Shown here: one piece after another, positions 37,187 through 46,959 of the stretch | Layout of the letters: each line of letters starts with the position of its first letter | How positions within the stretch are numbered: the first letter of the stretch is position 1 | Assembly: GCA_048886745.1 (NCBI GenBank) | Contig: JBHLKK010000001.1 | Coordinates: 33,925 to 97,924 of the forward strand | Direction of reading: 5' to 3' | From: Candidatus Hodarchaeota archaeon | Lineage (GTDB): Archaea; Asgardarchaeota; Odinarchaeia; Odinarchaeales; JBHLKK01 | DNA length: 64,000 nucleotides | Position numbers and translations under genes: made by a program | Notes under the pieces: model-generated | The model's database searches: none | Told to the model about the DNA's origin: nothing | Seen by the model: only the letters and a program-made list of their open reading frames with translations

Positions 37187-38128
37187 ATGTATCTAACGAT
37201 ATGGCATGTAATTGCATCAATTATGCTCGGCGTAATCAGTGATGCTTTAATCATAATGTCAATTCTGCTGTATCGTCGAGGTTTCGCCCAAGATATTCCA
37301 TCGACCATTTCAGCGGCCTTCGTTCTGCTTGTTTTGAGTTTCATGTTTGTCGTAAGTCCACCATTGCCTGAAGCACTAACAGGCACTTTACTGGCATGGT
37401 GTGCCGCAGTGATTATTTATTATGTAATATGCTATAGAAGGTCATCTAGGAGGGGAGAAATAAGGAGCAATCCCGCTCCTGCAGTAACCCCGCTTGCTCG
37501 ACATTTGCTAAGAAAGAGCTTTCATGTCCTTGTGTTGGTTATACCTTTCGTTTATGTCTTCCTTGGTGACTACATATTCAAATTGCTGCAAATTGCAGGA
37601 TTGCCTGGAGATATCATTGGAGAAATTGGCCTTGATCCAGGAAGATTTTTCTCAATATTGGTGATGAGTTGTGCATTTGTTTTCATAGCCATCTCTGAAA
37701 CTGTAAGAGTTTTTGCACACGAGTACTATCCGTTCGTAGAAATCAGTTATAAAACCCTGAAACCCGAAGAAAGAAGGACCGTAGCTCATCATTTCCATTT
37801 CTCTCTCGGGATTTTTCTTGTTCTAACGCTGTTAGAGGGACCCGTCGCCTTGGCAACCATAATGATGGCCTCATTTGGTGATGCGGCTGCTTCGATAGCA
37901 GGCTTAACCATAGGTAAACATAGGATTCAAGACAAATCAGTTGAGGGGTTCCTTGCAGGATCGGCTGTTTCTTTCTTAATAGGACTTCCGTTTGTAAGCA
38001 TATTGCTTTGTATGATTGGATCTTTTGTTGAATTAATCATTGACATCGCTTCATTACCAATATCAGACAATCTCCTCAATCCTGTCCTCATAGGAGCTAC
38101 CATGACGATGACTGCTCTGCTTCTTTAG
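37187..38128 (+). CDS. Polytopic membrane protein, dolichol/polyprenol kinase - phosphatidate cytidylyltransferase family-like
   Basis: The C-terminal motif SFGDAAASIAGLTIGKHRIQDKSVEGFLAGSAVSFLIG matches the CTP-dependent polyprenol kinase/CdsA-family signature. The start could be ATG 37187 or GTG 37178. Confidence 0.55.
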   Translation: MYLTIWHVIASIMLGVISDALIIMSILLYRRGFAQDIPSTISAAFVLLVLSFMFVVSPPLPEALTGTLLAWCAAVIIYYVICYRRSSRRGEIRSNPAPAVTPLARHLLRKSFHVLVLVIPFVYVFLGDYIFKLLQIAGLPGDIIGEIGLDPGRFFSILVMSCAFVFIAISETVRVFAHEYYPFVEISYKTLKPEERRTVAHHFHFSLGIFLVLTLLEGPVALATIMMASFGDAAASIAGLTIGKHRIQDKSVEGFLAGSAVSFLIGLPFVSILLCMIGSFVELIIDIASLPISDNLLNPVLIGATMTMTALLL

Positions 38129-38241
38129 GCTCATGACTCAATTATATCCGACGCTGGGAAAGAACTTTCTCGGCTATAAAATAAGGATTTTTATATTCAT
38201 GCAGACATAAACATCTGATAAGAGCGTCAAGAGGCGGGGTT

Positions 38242-39405
38242 ATGTTATATAAACTTTTGAGGGCGAAACTTAAGCTTAGGAAGAAAGAATACAAAAAGCC
38301 CGAAGAGCTAAGAAAAATCCAACAGAAACGATTGAGAAAATTGATTTATAATGCTTATGAAAATGTGGAGTACTATCATCGATTATTCGACTCACTTGGG
38401 CTAAAACCAGATGATATAAAGACTGCAGGAGACCTAGGAAAACTTCCCTTAACCAATAAAAAGGTACTGAGAAATAATAATCTACTCTCAGACAGGGTTA
38501 AGAATAAGAAGCTAATCAAAATAGTCACATCTGGGAGCACAGGGGAGCCAATAGAAGTTGCTTTTACAGAAAGAGATTTTGCATTCGTTGCAGCCACAGG
38601 AACCAGGGTCATGGATGCGGCGGGTGTTAAGACATCTAGAGATAGAGTAGCTCAATTGCTTATGATAGGGCCATATGTCGGATCAACCATTGTAAATACA
38701 CTTTATACAGGATTTGTGAAGCTGTTTTCTAAACTGAGGATAATATCAATAAAAAAACCATTACCCGAAATAGTCGATGAACTTCTAGAATTTGACCCCA
38801 CACTAATAAGCGTGTACCCATCAGTTGCATATTCAATAGGGCAGTATATGGCCGAAAATGAGTTGGAGTTACCACGTTTGAAGACTGTTGTAACCGGTTC
38901 TGAGATTCTTGATATAAAGACAAGAAGAGGAATTGAAGAAACTCTGAATGCTGAGGTTTATGATGCTTATGGCTTAACTGAAATCCATGTCTTTGCTTAT
39001 GAATGCTCGGAGCATGCAGGACTTCATGCAGCAATTGATACTGCCATCATGGAAGTAGTAGATGAGAATAACGAGCCAATATCTGAAGGGGAGAGAGGAA
39101 GGCTTATTTTAACACCACTTATGAGGGAGGCAATGCCGCTAATCAGGTATGATACGCATGATATCGTCAAAATCAGCGGAAGGGAATGCGACTGTGGAAG
39201 GACTTTTCCACTGATCGACATCATAGAGGGCAGAGTTGAGGATACCATCAAACTCCCAGACGGAAGCTTAGTCTATCCTCAGATTGTCATTGGAGAATTA
39301 GGCGATATTAGGGAGCTTGGGAATTATCAAGTTATTCAACCCCGGATGGATACCATCGAAGTAAGCATAGTGAAGGGGAGGGATTTCAGTGATAAAACCA
39401 CCTAA
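38242..39405 (+). CDS. Adenylate-forming ligase, phenylacetate-CoA ligase (PaaK)/coenzyme F390 synthetase family; interrupted by an in-frame TAA
   Basis: The AMP-binding motif is VTSGSTGEPIEVAFTERDF, with YDAYGLTE also present. After TAA 39403-39405 the same frame stays open for 43 more codons (KVQKICRDIFKGTKLKIDFKEKIPESPSARMRHIISKVGEESF, stop 39535-39537). That stretch resembles the family's C-terminal end. Confidence 0.75.
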   Translation: MLYKLLRAKLKLRKKEYKKPEELRKIQQKRLRKLIYNAYENVEYYHRLFDSLGLKPDDIKTAGDLGKLPLTNKKVLRNNNLLSDRVKNKKLIKIVTSGSTGEPIEVAFTERDFAFVAATGTRVMDAAGVKTSRDRVAQLLMIGPYVGSTIVNTLYTGFVKLFSKLRIISIKKPLPEIVDELLEFDPTLISVYPSVAYSIGQYMAENELELPRLKTVVTGSEILDIKTRRGIEETLNAEVYDAYGLTEIHVFAYECSEHAGLHAAIDTAIMEVVDENNEPISEGERGRLILTPLMREAMPLIRYDTHDIVKISGRECDCGRTFPLIDIIEGRVEDTIKLPDGSLVYPQIVIGELGDIRELGNYQVIQPRMDTIEVSIVKGRDFSDKTT

Positions 39406-39579
39406 AAAGTTCAGAAGATTTGCAGAGACATTTTTAAAGGTACAAAATTGAAGATTGACTTCAAAGAGAAGATACCCGAATCCCCCTCTGCTAGAATGAG
39501 ACATATCATTTCAAAAGTTGGTGAAGAGAGCTTCTGAACTCCTCCCCAAAATTTCACAGGTAACTTATTTTAGATAGGG

Positions 39580-40590
39580 TTAGATTGATCTGCAAGCGAA
39601 AAGTGCGTTTCCCAGGATATTTGGCTTCGTGAAATCCGCCTTTACAAAAGTATCCTCGAAGAAGTCCTTTTGAGGATACCCTTTGAAGTCAACGGAGGCA
39701 CGAAATAAGACATCTAGATAAGCTATGCTATCCATATCCTTTCTTAGTGGTTGCATACCGCAAAAACTAGCTCCTGTCTCAATTAATGTTCTGATATTCC
39801 TGAGAGCAATCAGAGTCTGATCTTCAGTGAACCAATGGAAAAACAATGATGAAAATATACCATCTACTTTTTCTTCAATGGGAAGATTCTTCAGAACATC
39901 ACAAACTATGAATTCAACTCGATCACTCAAATTTGCAATATTAATGTTCTCTCTTGCAATTTCAATAGCTTTTTTCGATCGGTCCAATGCAAAAACCTTT
40001 TTTGGATTTGCTACTTGTATCAGGTCAATGGTGCTCCACCCGGTGCCGCATCCCAGATCCAAAAGCACGCAATCTCGGGGCATTCTACCCCATTTAAGTG
40101 AAATCTCCCTTGCGGTTTTGTACATTTGACTTGAGTATATGCTATCCCAAATAGCCAATAATAGTTCTCGCGTAAATTCCCTAGTTCTTACATGACCTCT
40201 TAGGGCATAAGGTAGATAAGTAGAAAAGATTTCGCCAAGCTTGGCAAAAGCAAGTCCGATTTTTTGGAGTTTTCTTTCGGCTTTTGATATTTCCACCTTC
40301 CTTCCATTCCAGGAATATAGATTCCCATTCTTTTTTAGAGTGCCCATTTCTACTAAAACACCCAAGAAATCCTTTGTAAGCGTTTCATTCTTGTATTTCA
40401 TTCTGGTAACGATCTGCTCAAATGATAACGGTGATATGAGAAGATCTGGAAATCCTTCTTTTATAGAGACTTGTGTTAACAATCTTTCGCTAAGTCGCTG
40501 AGAGCCCTTGTTAAGTATTCTTAGACTTGGACTAAGCGCTTTGCCCATGATTTTCAGTTTCGTAATGGTGTTTCTGATACTGTTGCTCAT
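39580..40590 (-). CDS. Class I SAM-dependent methyltransferase with N-terminal winged-helix/dimerisation-like domain (O-methyltransferase-like layout)
   Basis: Motif I is CVLLDLGCGTGWSTIDL, and post-I/II are KVFALDRSKKAIEIA and DGIFSSLFFHWF. Confidence 0.75.
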   Translation of the reverse strand: MSNSIRNTITKLKIMGKALSPSLRILNKGSQRLSERLLTQVSIKEGFPDLLISPLSFEQIVTRMKYKNETLTKDFLGVLVEMGTLKKNGNLYSWNGRKVEISKAERKLQKIGLAFAKLGEIFSTYLPYALRGHVRTREFTRELLLAIWDSIYSSQMYKTAREISLKWGRMPRDCVLLDLGCGTGWSTIDLIQVANPKKVFALDRSKKAIEIARENINIANLSDRVEFIVCDVLKNLPIEEKVDGIFSSLFFHWFTEDQTLIALRNIRTLIETGASFCGMQPLRKDMDSIAYLDVLFRASVDFKGYPQKDFFEDTFVKADFTKPNILGNALFACRSI

Positions 40591-40618
40591 TCATAACACC
40601 GGACCTGCAGATTCAGAA

Positions 40619-42073
40619 TCAGGAAACCAGGTAGATTATCTCTCTTTTTTGCAGATTCATTAGTGCCTTTGTTGCGGACTCTCTTGTTAGTTTTATGTCA
40701 CCTTTTTCAATGAATTTCTCCAGTTCATTGGCATTCAGCCTGCTGTCTGATATTAGGTTCACAAGCTTGTCGATTTCCCTTATTGGAATCTTGTTCTTAC
40801 TGACAAACAGCCTGAAGCCTTTTGAGTCTCTATAATACTCCCAATATGCTTTTGAGCCAAAATCATCGATTGAGTATAGCTGCGTTTGGGGTCTAACAAT
40901 TTCACCGTTCTCTATACGGTGAAGGTGTGACCCGAAATATCGTCTCACCAATCGTTCGACTGGTCTAAACACTGAGAGGTCGCCATTCCAATATTCTAGT
41001 ATATGATTGAATCTTACTTCAAAGGTATCTACAAGGACTCTCATCTTGCTTCTCACTTCATCTTCTGCCGTCTCAGTCGTGCAGACCACAGTAACACAGA
41101 TCTTCTGGCCCCATTCACATAATATCTGTAGATTGCCCTTACGTATTCCTGATAGTTCCCCCTCACTAGGTAACATCTGTTTTGCGAATGTTGAGACTGC
41201 GGTCAAAAAGGCAGAAACCACATCTACTTCATATTCAGCATTCTCAGATTTCGCATTGAATAAGCAATAACCATTTCTATCGATTATATAGACATCATAT
41301 ATTTGAGGTGTGAGAGCAAAGATTTCTAGTTGACCTCCCCCCATTATTGATAGAGGAACCATTCCTTCATTATTTGCCAGTGCGAAACTTATCCAATCTG
41401 AATTAGGATCTCTGTTCTTCATTCTTCTTATTCTAATTTGTCTTTGATGATTTCCTGCAACCTCAGTAAATCTAAACTCAATTTCACCATCAAAGCTACT
41501 TTGAACTCGTCGTCTTAGTTCTTCGGGTTGTACATCTGGTGTAAGTGTACATAGACAGGACGCATTATCCAGACGGATATTTGCTACAAGCTCATCGAGG
41601 AAATTCATAATGAATTGACCTTCTCGATCATATTCAATTAGATCCGACAGTGAATCTATCACAAGACGTACTTTGTCGTATTTTCTCATGTAGCTAAATG
41701 CAGAAGCAATTTTCAAGTTTAGGAGAGAGAGATTTCTTGGGTCAAAATAACCACCTTCGACAAACATGCTCTTCGAAGGGGAACCTTCGATGAACATCAG
41801 TTGCTCGTTTTCCAAGTAATTCGTTATATCCCATCCCATGCGTTTCATCATAGAGGTGACCGTATTTGAGGATTCGCTCAAAGCTACATATATGCCGCCT
41901 TCACCGTTTTCTAATCCCTCATGAATGAATTTCTGACACATTATAGACTTGCCTACTCCCGACTCTCCTACGACAACTATCGCAGCCGAAGGGGGGAAAC
42001 CTCCTCCCAACATATTGTCTAAGAATACAATTCCTGATTTTTCTAGGTTGCTTTTCCTGAGTTCATTAAACAA
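40619..42073 (-). CDS. KaiC/RadA-like RecA-superfamily ATPase fused to a longin-like domain and C-terminal winged helix
   Basis: Walker A is VVVGESGVGKS and Walker B is VRLVIDSLSDL. Residues ~260-350 read IYDVYIIDRNGYCLFNAKSE...VDVVSAFLTAVSTFAKQM (longin/Bet5-like). The C-terminus is LTRESATKALMNLQKREIIYLVS. Confidence 0.75.
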   Translation of the reverse strand: MFNELRKSNLEKSGIVFLDNMLGGGFPPSAAIVVVGESGVGKSIMCQKFIHEGLENGEGGIYVALSESSNTVTSMMKRMGWDITNYLENEQLMFIEGSPSKSMFVEGGYFDPRNLSLLNLKIASAFSYMRKYDKVRLVIDSLSDLIEYDREGQFIMNFLDELVANIRLDNASCLCTLTPDVQPEELRRRVQSSFDGEIEFRFTEVAGNHQRQIRIRRMKNRDPNSDWISFALANNEGMVPLSIMGGGQLEIFALTPQIYDVYIIDRNGYCLFNAKSENAEYEVDVVSAFLTAVSTFAKQMLPSEGELSGIRKGNLQILCEWGQKICVTVVCTTETAEDEVRSKMRVLVDTFEVRFNHILEYWNGDLSVFRPVERLVRRYFGSHLHRIENGEIVRPQTQLYSIDDFGSKAYWEYYRDSKGFRLFVSKNKIPIREIDKLVNLISDSRLNANELEKFIEKGDIKLTRESATKALMNLQKREIIYLVS

Positions 42074-42327
42074 TAGTATACCCCTCTTTTGCGATTTTCC
42101 CAGTCTTAGTGATAATCTGATATATATGATTCAGCATCAGCACTCAATATATACTTATGGAAAATGATAATTTAAATTTTTTTGATCATTCTCAATCAAG
42201 AATTGCGATATTCTTAATGAAGGAAATGTGACTAGATCTTTCCGCAATTAAAATCCAGAATTAGAAAAGAACTGTCTTGATACGGGGGCCCCATAGATAA
42301 AAGAATTGAAGAAATAAAGAAAGTTGG

Positions 42328-42879
42328 TTAAAAGAGAACAGCCAATGAAGTCCCTAAGAGTAATAGCGCTCCTTGAACTATGCAGATCAGACCTAGGGGA
42401 ATCGATACCGCCGGGAAGCTCAATACGGTGCCGACACCATCTAGTATGGTTTCGATTGATTTGGCAAATACGAATACTATTATAACGATAACCACGAAAA
42501 CAGCCGCTACAATCTTTATTGAGCCAAAGAATCCAGAGATAAAAGCTGCAACTAAACTGCCTACAGCTAATGCGGCTATTCCGGCTAAAGGCAGTTTCTT
42601 AATCGGACCCAAGCACAACGCCAGTCCAACTATTATGAAGAGTGCAATTGTTATCCAGTCTGCCACTCCCATACTCCATATTGTTCCGCCAACGATTAGA
42701 CATATTATCCCGACAAAAAAGCCTATGAAGGCAGTAAGTTTTATTGTCGCTTTCCATTCTTCTTCCTTGTCACGTCCAGCAAGCCATTGAAATATACTGA
42801 TGGCAGAAATGAGACCTGCAATGATCAATATCGGTCCTCTATAATCTGCAAGAGACATAAAGAATTCCAGTATTTGCAT
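42328..42879 (-). CDS. Small polytopic membrane protein, unknown function
   Basis: 183 aa with 5-6 hydrophobic Gly/Ala/Ile-rich segments. Confidence 0.55.
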   Translation of the reverse strand: MQILEFFMSLADYRGPILIIAGLISAISIFQWLAGRDKEEEWKATIKLTAFIGFFVGIICLIVGGTIWSMGVADWITIALFIIVGLALCLGPIKKLPLAGIAALAVGSLVAAFISGFFGSIKIVAAVFVVIVIIVFVFAKSIETILDGVGTVLSFPAVSIPLGLICIVQGALLLLGTSLAVLF

Positions 42880-43029
42880 TATTTGTTCCTCCAGAAATCA
42901 CTTAGTGTAACAGACTTTTAATATTTATCATTTAATCTGTGCTTTTTTGGCAAATTATATAAATATTTCATAGACTGATTAATGATAGTCAGGTTTTGGG
43001 TGTCTTATTTGTCTAGAGAAGAACAAGAA

Positions 43030-44904
43030 ATGAGCAAAATAGAGAAGGAACTTAGAACTAGGCTGAGTGATGAGCACTACAAGAGGATCAAAGCAATAGA
43101 TAATCCAGATCTCCATAAACTTGTTGCAAAGTTTTCAGAACTTTGTAATCCAGACAGTGTCTTTGTTTCAGCAGATTCCCCGGAGGATATAAAACACATC
43201 AGAGAAGAGGCCATAAGAACCGGGGAGGAGACAGAACTCGCTATGAAGGGGCACTCCGTTCATTTCGATGGATTTTACGATCAGGCTAGGGATAAGAATC
43301 AGACAAAGCTCCTTTTAACTGAAGATGTCTATTTAGGCCCTGGCATAAGCTGGATAGATAGGGGGGAAGGACTCAAAGAAATACCTGTCATCTTTAAGGA
43401 TATCATGAAGGGGCATAAATTGTATGTATTATTCTTTACGTTAGGCCCTGTAAACTCTGATTTTTCTATACCTTGTGTCCAACTTACTGACTCCTGTTTT
43501 GTAGCTCATAATGAGTACTTGCTTTATAGGCCAGGATATGATGAATTTAAAAGATTGGGAAGAAAAGCCCGCTTCTTCAGGTTTTTGCATTCACAAGGGG
43601 AAGTTGAAAATAACGTAAGCAAAAACACTGACAAACGCAGGATATATATTGATCTCCAGGATGAAACGGTGTACAGTGCGAATACTCAATATGGTGGAAA
43701 TACTATCGGACTCAAAAAACTGGCATTGAGACTGGCGATAAATAGGGCATCAAAGGAAGACTGGTTGGCTGAGCACATGTTCATAATGGGCGTTCACGGC
43801 CCGAAAAGAAGAGTAACTTATTTTGCAGGCGCATTCCCCTCGTTGTGCGGAAAAACATCTACTTCAATGCTAGAAGGCGAGACTATAATCGGAGACGATA
43901 TTGCTTATCTCAGAGAGAAGAATGGAGAAATAAGAGCAGTCAACGTTGAGAAAGGAATATTTGGAATAATCGAAGGTATCAACCCCGAAGATGATCCGAT
44001 CCTATGGGAAGTACTCCATTCGCCTGGGGAGATTATATTCTCAAATATTCTGGTGACGGAAGACAGGGGCGTCTATTGGATTGGAAAGGACGACAATATT
44101 CCAAAGAGGGGAATCAATTACTCTGGGGAGTGGACTTTGGGAAAAAGTGACGCAGAAGGTAACGAAATACCTCCTGCTCATAGAAACGCTCGATTTACGC
44201 TTGATATGAAACTCCTGAAAAATGCAGACCCCAGATTAAACGATCCAAAAGGAGTCAAGATAGGTGGAATAATATACGGCGGTAGAGATTCAGATACATG
44301 GGTCCCTGTGGAGGAGGCTTTTGACTGGATTCATGGCGTAATCACCAAGGGCGCATCTTTAGAGTCTGAAACCACGGCAGCGACCTTAGAAAGAACCGGT
44401 ATAAGAGAGTTTAACCCAATGTCCAATTTGGATTTCTTATCGATAACGTGGGAGAGATATATTGAAAAGCATCTTGAATTTGGTGCTATGCTGGAAAAAC
44501 CTCCTCCAATTTTCTCCGTAAATTACTTTTTGAAAGACTCTGAAGGAAATTTCATGAATGATAAGAGAGACAAATCGGTTTGGCTTAAATGGATGGAGCT
44601 CAGGTCCCACAAAGAGATTAAAGCAATTGAGACGCCGACGGGATTTATGCCGAAATATGAAGACCTTAAAAGGTTATTCAAAGAAGTCCTTGGCAAGAAC
44701 TATTCAAAAGAAGACTATATTAGACAATTCACACTAAGAGTTCCAGAAAGTCTGGCAAAAATTGATAGATTAATGCAAATTTATACGACTGAGATTTTTT
44801 ACACACCTACAGCAGTATTTAGAGCACTGAAAGAGCAAAGAAATAGATTATCAGAAGCAAGAGAAGAATATGGAGACTACATTTCCCCATTTAAGTTCTA
44901 CTAA
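43030..44904 (+). CDS. pckG: Phosphoenolpyruvate carboxykinase (GTP)
   Basis: The kinase-1a motif is AFPSLCGKTSTSML, with GDDIAYLR and NARFT also present, and the length is right. I prefer ATG 43030 (MSKIEKE) over the upstream ATG 42982. Confidence 0.9.
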   Translation: MSKIEKELRTRLSDEHYKRIKAIDNPDLHKLVAKFSELCNPDSVFVSADSPEDIKHIREEAIRTGEETELAMKGHSVHFDGFYDQARDKNQTKLLLTEDVYLGPGISWIDRGEGLKEIPVIFKDIMKGHKLYVLFFTLGPVNSDFSIPCVQLTDSCFVAHNEYLLYRPGYDEFKRLGRKARFFRFLHSQGEVENNVSKNTDKRRIYIDLQDETVYSANTQYGGNTIGLKKLALRLAINRASKEDWLAEHMFIMGVHGPKRRVTYFAGAFPSLCGKTSTSMLEGETIIGDDIAYLREKNGEIRAVNVEKGIFGIIEGINPEDDPILWEVLHSPGEIIFSNILVTEDRGVYWIGKDDNIPKRGINYSGEWTLGKSDAEGNEIPPAHRNARFTLDMKLLKNADPRLNDPKGVKIGGIIYGGRDSDTWVPVEEAFDWIHGVITKGASLESETTAATLERTGIREFNPMSNLDFLSITWERYIEKHLEFGAMLEKPPPIFSVNYFLKDSEGNFMNDKRDKSVWLKWMELRSHKEIKAIETPTGFMPKYEDLKRLFKEVLGKNYSKEDYIRQFTLRVPESLAKIDRLMQIYTTEIFYTPTAVFRALKEQRNRLSEAREEYGDYISPFKFY

Positions 44905-44974
44905 AATCGACACAAAAATCAATCATCCAAGCTTGGTAATTAGTATTTAGTTCCAGAAATTGAGGGCGATAAAT

Positions 44975-45895
44975 ATGTGTGGCATAGTATGCACAATCCC
45001 GGGAGACCTAGATTTAACGATTTCGATGCTTGAAATCCTCGAAGAATACGTTGGTGGAAGAAATGCTTTCAGACTTTTCAGCAGTAAGGGAGGTTCTGGA
45101 ACAGGATTGATGCGTCTTTCAAATGACAAATTGTCTCGTATTAGGAGTAATTCCTTTGCCAGAGAGATTTCCGCAAAAGCCCAAGATGCTGGTTGGTGCG
45201 GTGGAGAAATCCTAGTTGGTCATACACGGTTTTCTGACATAATCATACCAGTAGAAGAGAGATTTGTGCATCCCTATTCTGATTGCAGGAATTCGTTTTA
45301 TGTGGTGCATAATGGTGCCGTTAATAACCATGAACTATACTATGATCAACTCAAAATGCAGGGACACCAATTCAGAACTGAGAATAAGGGAATAATAGTT
45401 GACAGTGAGGTAATACCTCATCTTCTGGAGGATGAGCTGAAGCAGAAGGAGATCGGAATTGAAAGCCTTCTTGGTGCGGGAAGGACCATTCTTGGCAAGC
45501 TAGGTAAGACCAGTGTTGAAGAAGGGCTTGGCATGTTTGTTGTCTTACTTGATGGTTTGAATATTGCCCTAATTGTGCACCATATTCATAGTTGGGGAAA
45601 TACATTAAAGTTCTGGACGAATGACGATATAACTGTCGTATCTACATATAATGTTCTTCCTTATAGACGAATAGTCTTAGAACCACCCCCATATGGTGGT
45701 GTGAACTTGGAGGAGATGAACAAAAGGATTGATAATATAATAAAAAACCAAGGATTCGATGAAATAGGATATACCAAGCGTGGTGTGGTTTTTGCCATAA
45801 CATCAAAAGCTACAATAGTCTCCCTCTGTGGAGAAAAGCTGAAAGAAGAGAGAATAGATGAAACCAATCTGTTGGCTTCTTCAATTAGACTCTAG
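44975..45895 (+). CDS. Class II (Ntn) glutamine amidotransferase-like protein
   Basis: It begins MCGIV (nucleophilic Cys2) and carries HTRFSD and VVHNGAVNNHELY. GAGGG lies 9 nt upstream of ATG 44975. Confidence 0.7.
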   Translation: MCGIVCTIPGDLDLTISMLEILEEYVGGRNAFRLFSSKGGSGTGLMRLSNDKLSRIRSNSFAREISAKAQDAGWCGGEILVGHTRFSDIIIPVEERFVHPYSDCRNSFYVVHNGAVNNHELYYDQLKMQGHQFRTENKGIIVDSEVIPHLLEDELKQKEIGIESLLGAGRTILGKLGKTSVEEGLGMFVVLLDGLNIALIVHHIHSWGNTLKFWTNDDITVVSTYNVLPYRRIVLEPPPYGGVNLEEMNKRIDNIIKNQGFDEIGYTKRGVVFAITSKATIVSLCGEKLKEERIDETNLLASSIRL

Positions 45896-45897
45896 TT

Positions 45898-46860
45898 TCA
45901 ATATGCGGGCGTAATCCAGTCAGAATATCTTGGGATCTTTCCACATACTACATCTAGATATACCCGCTGTAATCTCCTTGTTAAAGGACCAGGTTTTCCG
46001 TCTCCAACCTTCTTATGATCGATGACTATAACCGGTGTTATCTCTCCCGCAGTTCCACAAACAAAGATCTCATCCATGTCATAGAGCGAAGCTCGAGTAA
46101 TATCTGTTTCCGTCACTTCAACTCGGAGTTCGTTTCTAAACAGAGTAATCAAGGAATCTCTTGTTATACCCATGAGTATCGACGCATAGCTTGGTGGCGT
46201 TAATGCTTTTCCGTCTTTTATTGTGAAGATATTTTCTCCGGTTCCTTCTGAAACAAAACCCCGGTGGTCCAGAAATATAGCTTCATCATAATTCCTTTCG
46301 ATAGCTTCAAGTCTTGCAAGAACTGAATTCAAATAGTTCCCACATGCCTTGGCGTGAATTGGAATTGCATGAGGTGGAATCCTCTGCCAGGATGAAACAA
46401 GGCATTTTATGCCACTCACTGTTGCCCCTTTTCCCAAATATTCTCCGATTGGAATAACATAAATCGCTACATTTACCGGGATCTTGATAGGGTTTACACC
46501 AAAAGGACCATAACCACGATATACGAGAGGACGAATATAGCAATTTACTTTTATGTTATTATCCATAATGAGTTTAACAATAGCATTTCTCAATTCTTGC
46601 TTCGTAAACGGTATATCCATCCTGTAAATCATGGCAGAATAATATAGCCGATCCAAGTGCTCTTTCAGTCTAAAGATGTTGATATTATCATTGTGTGCAT
46701 AGCCTCGTATTCCCTCAAATACTCCAGTTCCATATGATAATGCATGAGCCTTCACGTGAACTTTGGCATCATCCCATTTGACCGATTTCCCATCCATCCA
46801 GATGTAATCTGCGCGCTCCTCCTCCGACAAAACGGACACCCCAAGGATTAAATAAGACAA
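45898..46860 (-). CDS. ilvE: Branched-chain amino acid aminotransferase
   Basis: IWMDGKSVKWDDAKVHVKAHALSYGTGVFEGIRGY and GENIF...G.ALTPP...ILMGITRDS fit fold-type IV aminotransferases. TTG start. Confidence 0.85.
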   Translation of the reverse strand: MSYLILGVSVLSEEERADYIWMDGKSVKWDDAKVHVKAHALSYGTGVFEGIRGYAHNDNINIFRLKEHLDRLYYSAMIYRMDIPFTKQELRNAIVKLIMDNNIKVNCYIRPLVYRGYGPFGVNPIKIPVNVAIYVIPIGEYLGKGATVSGIKCLVSSWQRIPPHAIPIHAKACGNYLNSVLARLEAIERNYDEAIFLDHRGFVSEGTGENIFTIKDGKALTPPSYASILMGITRDSLITLFRNELRVEVTETDITRASLYDMDEIFVCGTAGEITPVIVIDHKKVGDGKPGPLTRRLQRVYLDVVCGKIPRYSDWITPAY

Positions 46861-46959
46861 GGAGGTTTAGAAAAATCCCTACTAATAACATTTACGTAGA
46901 AAATCTAGACAGGCGGAGAAGCAATTATGCAGAGATCAATTGACAAGATTATTGACTGA

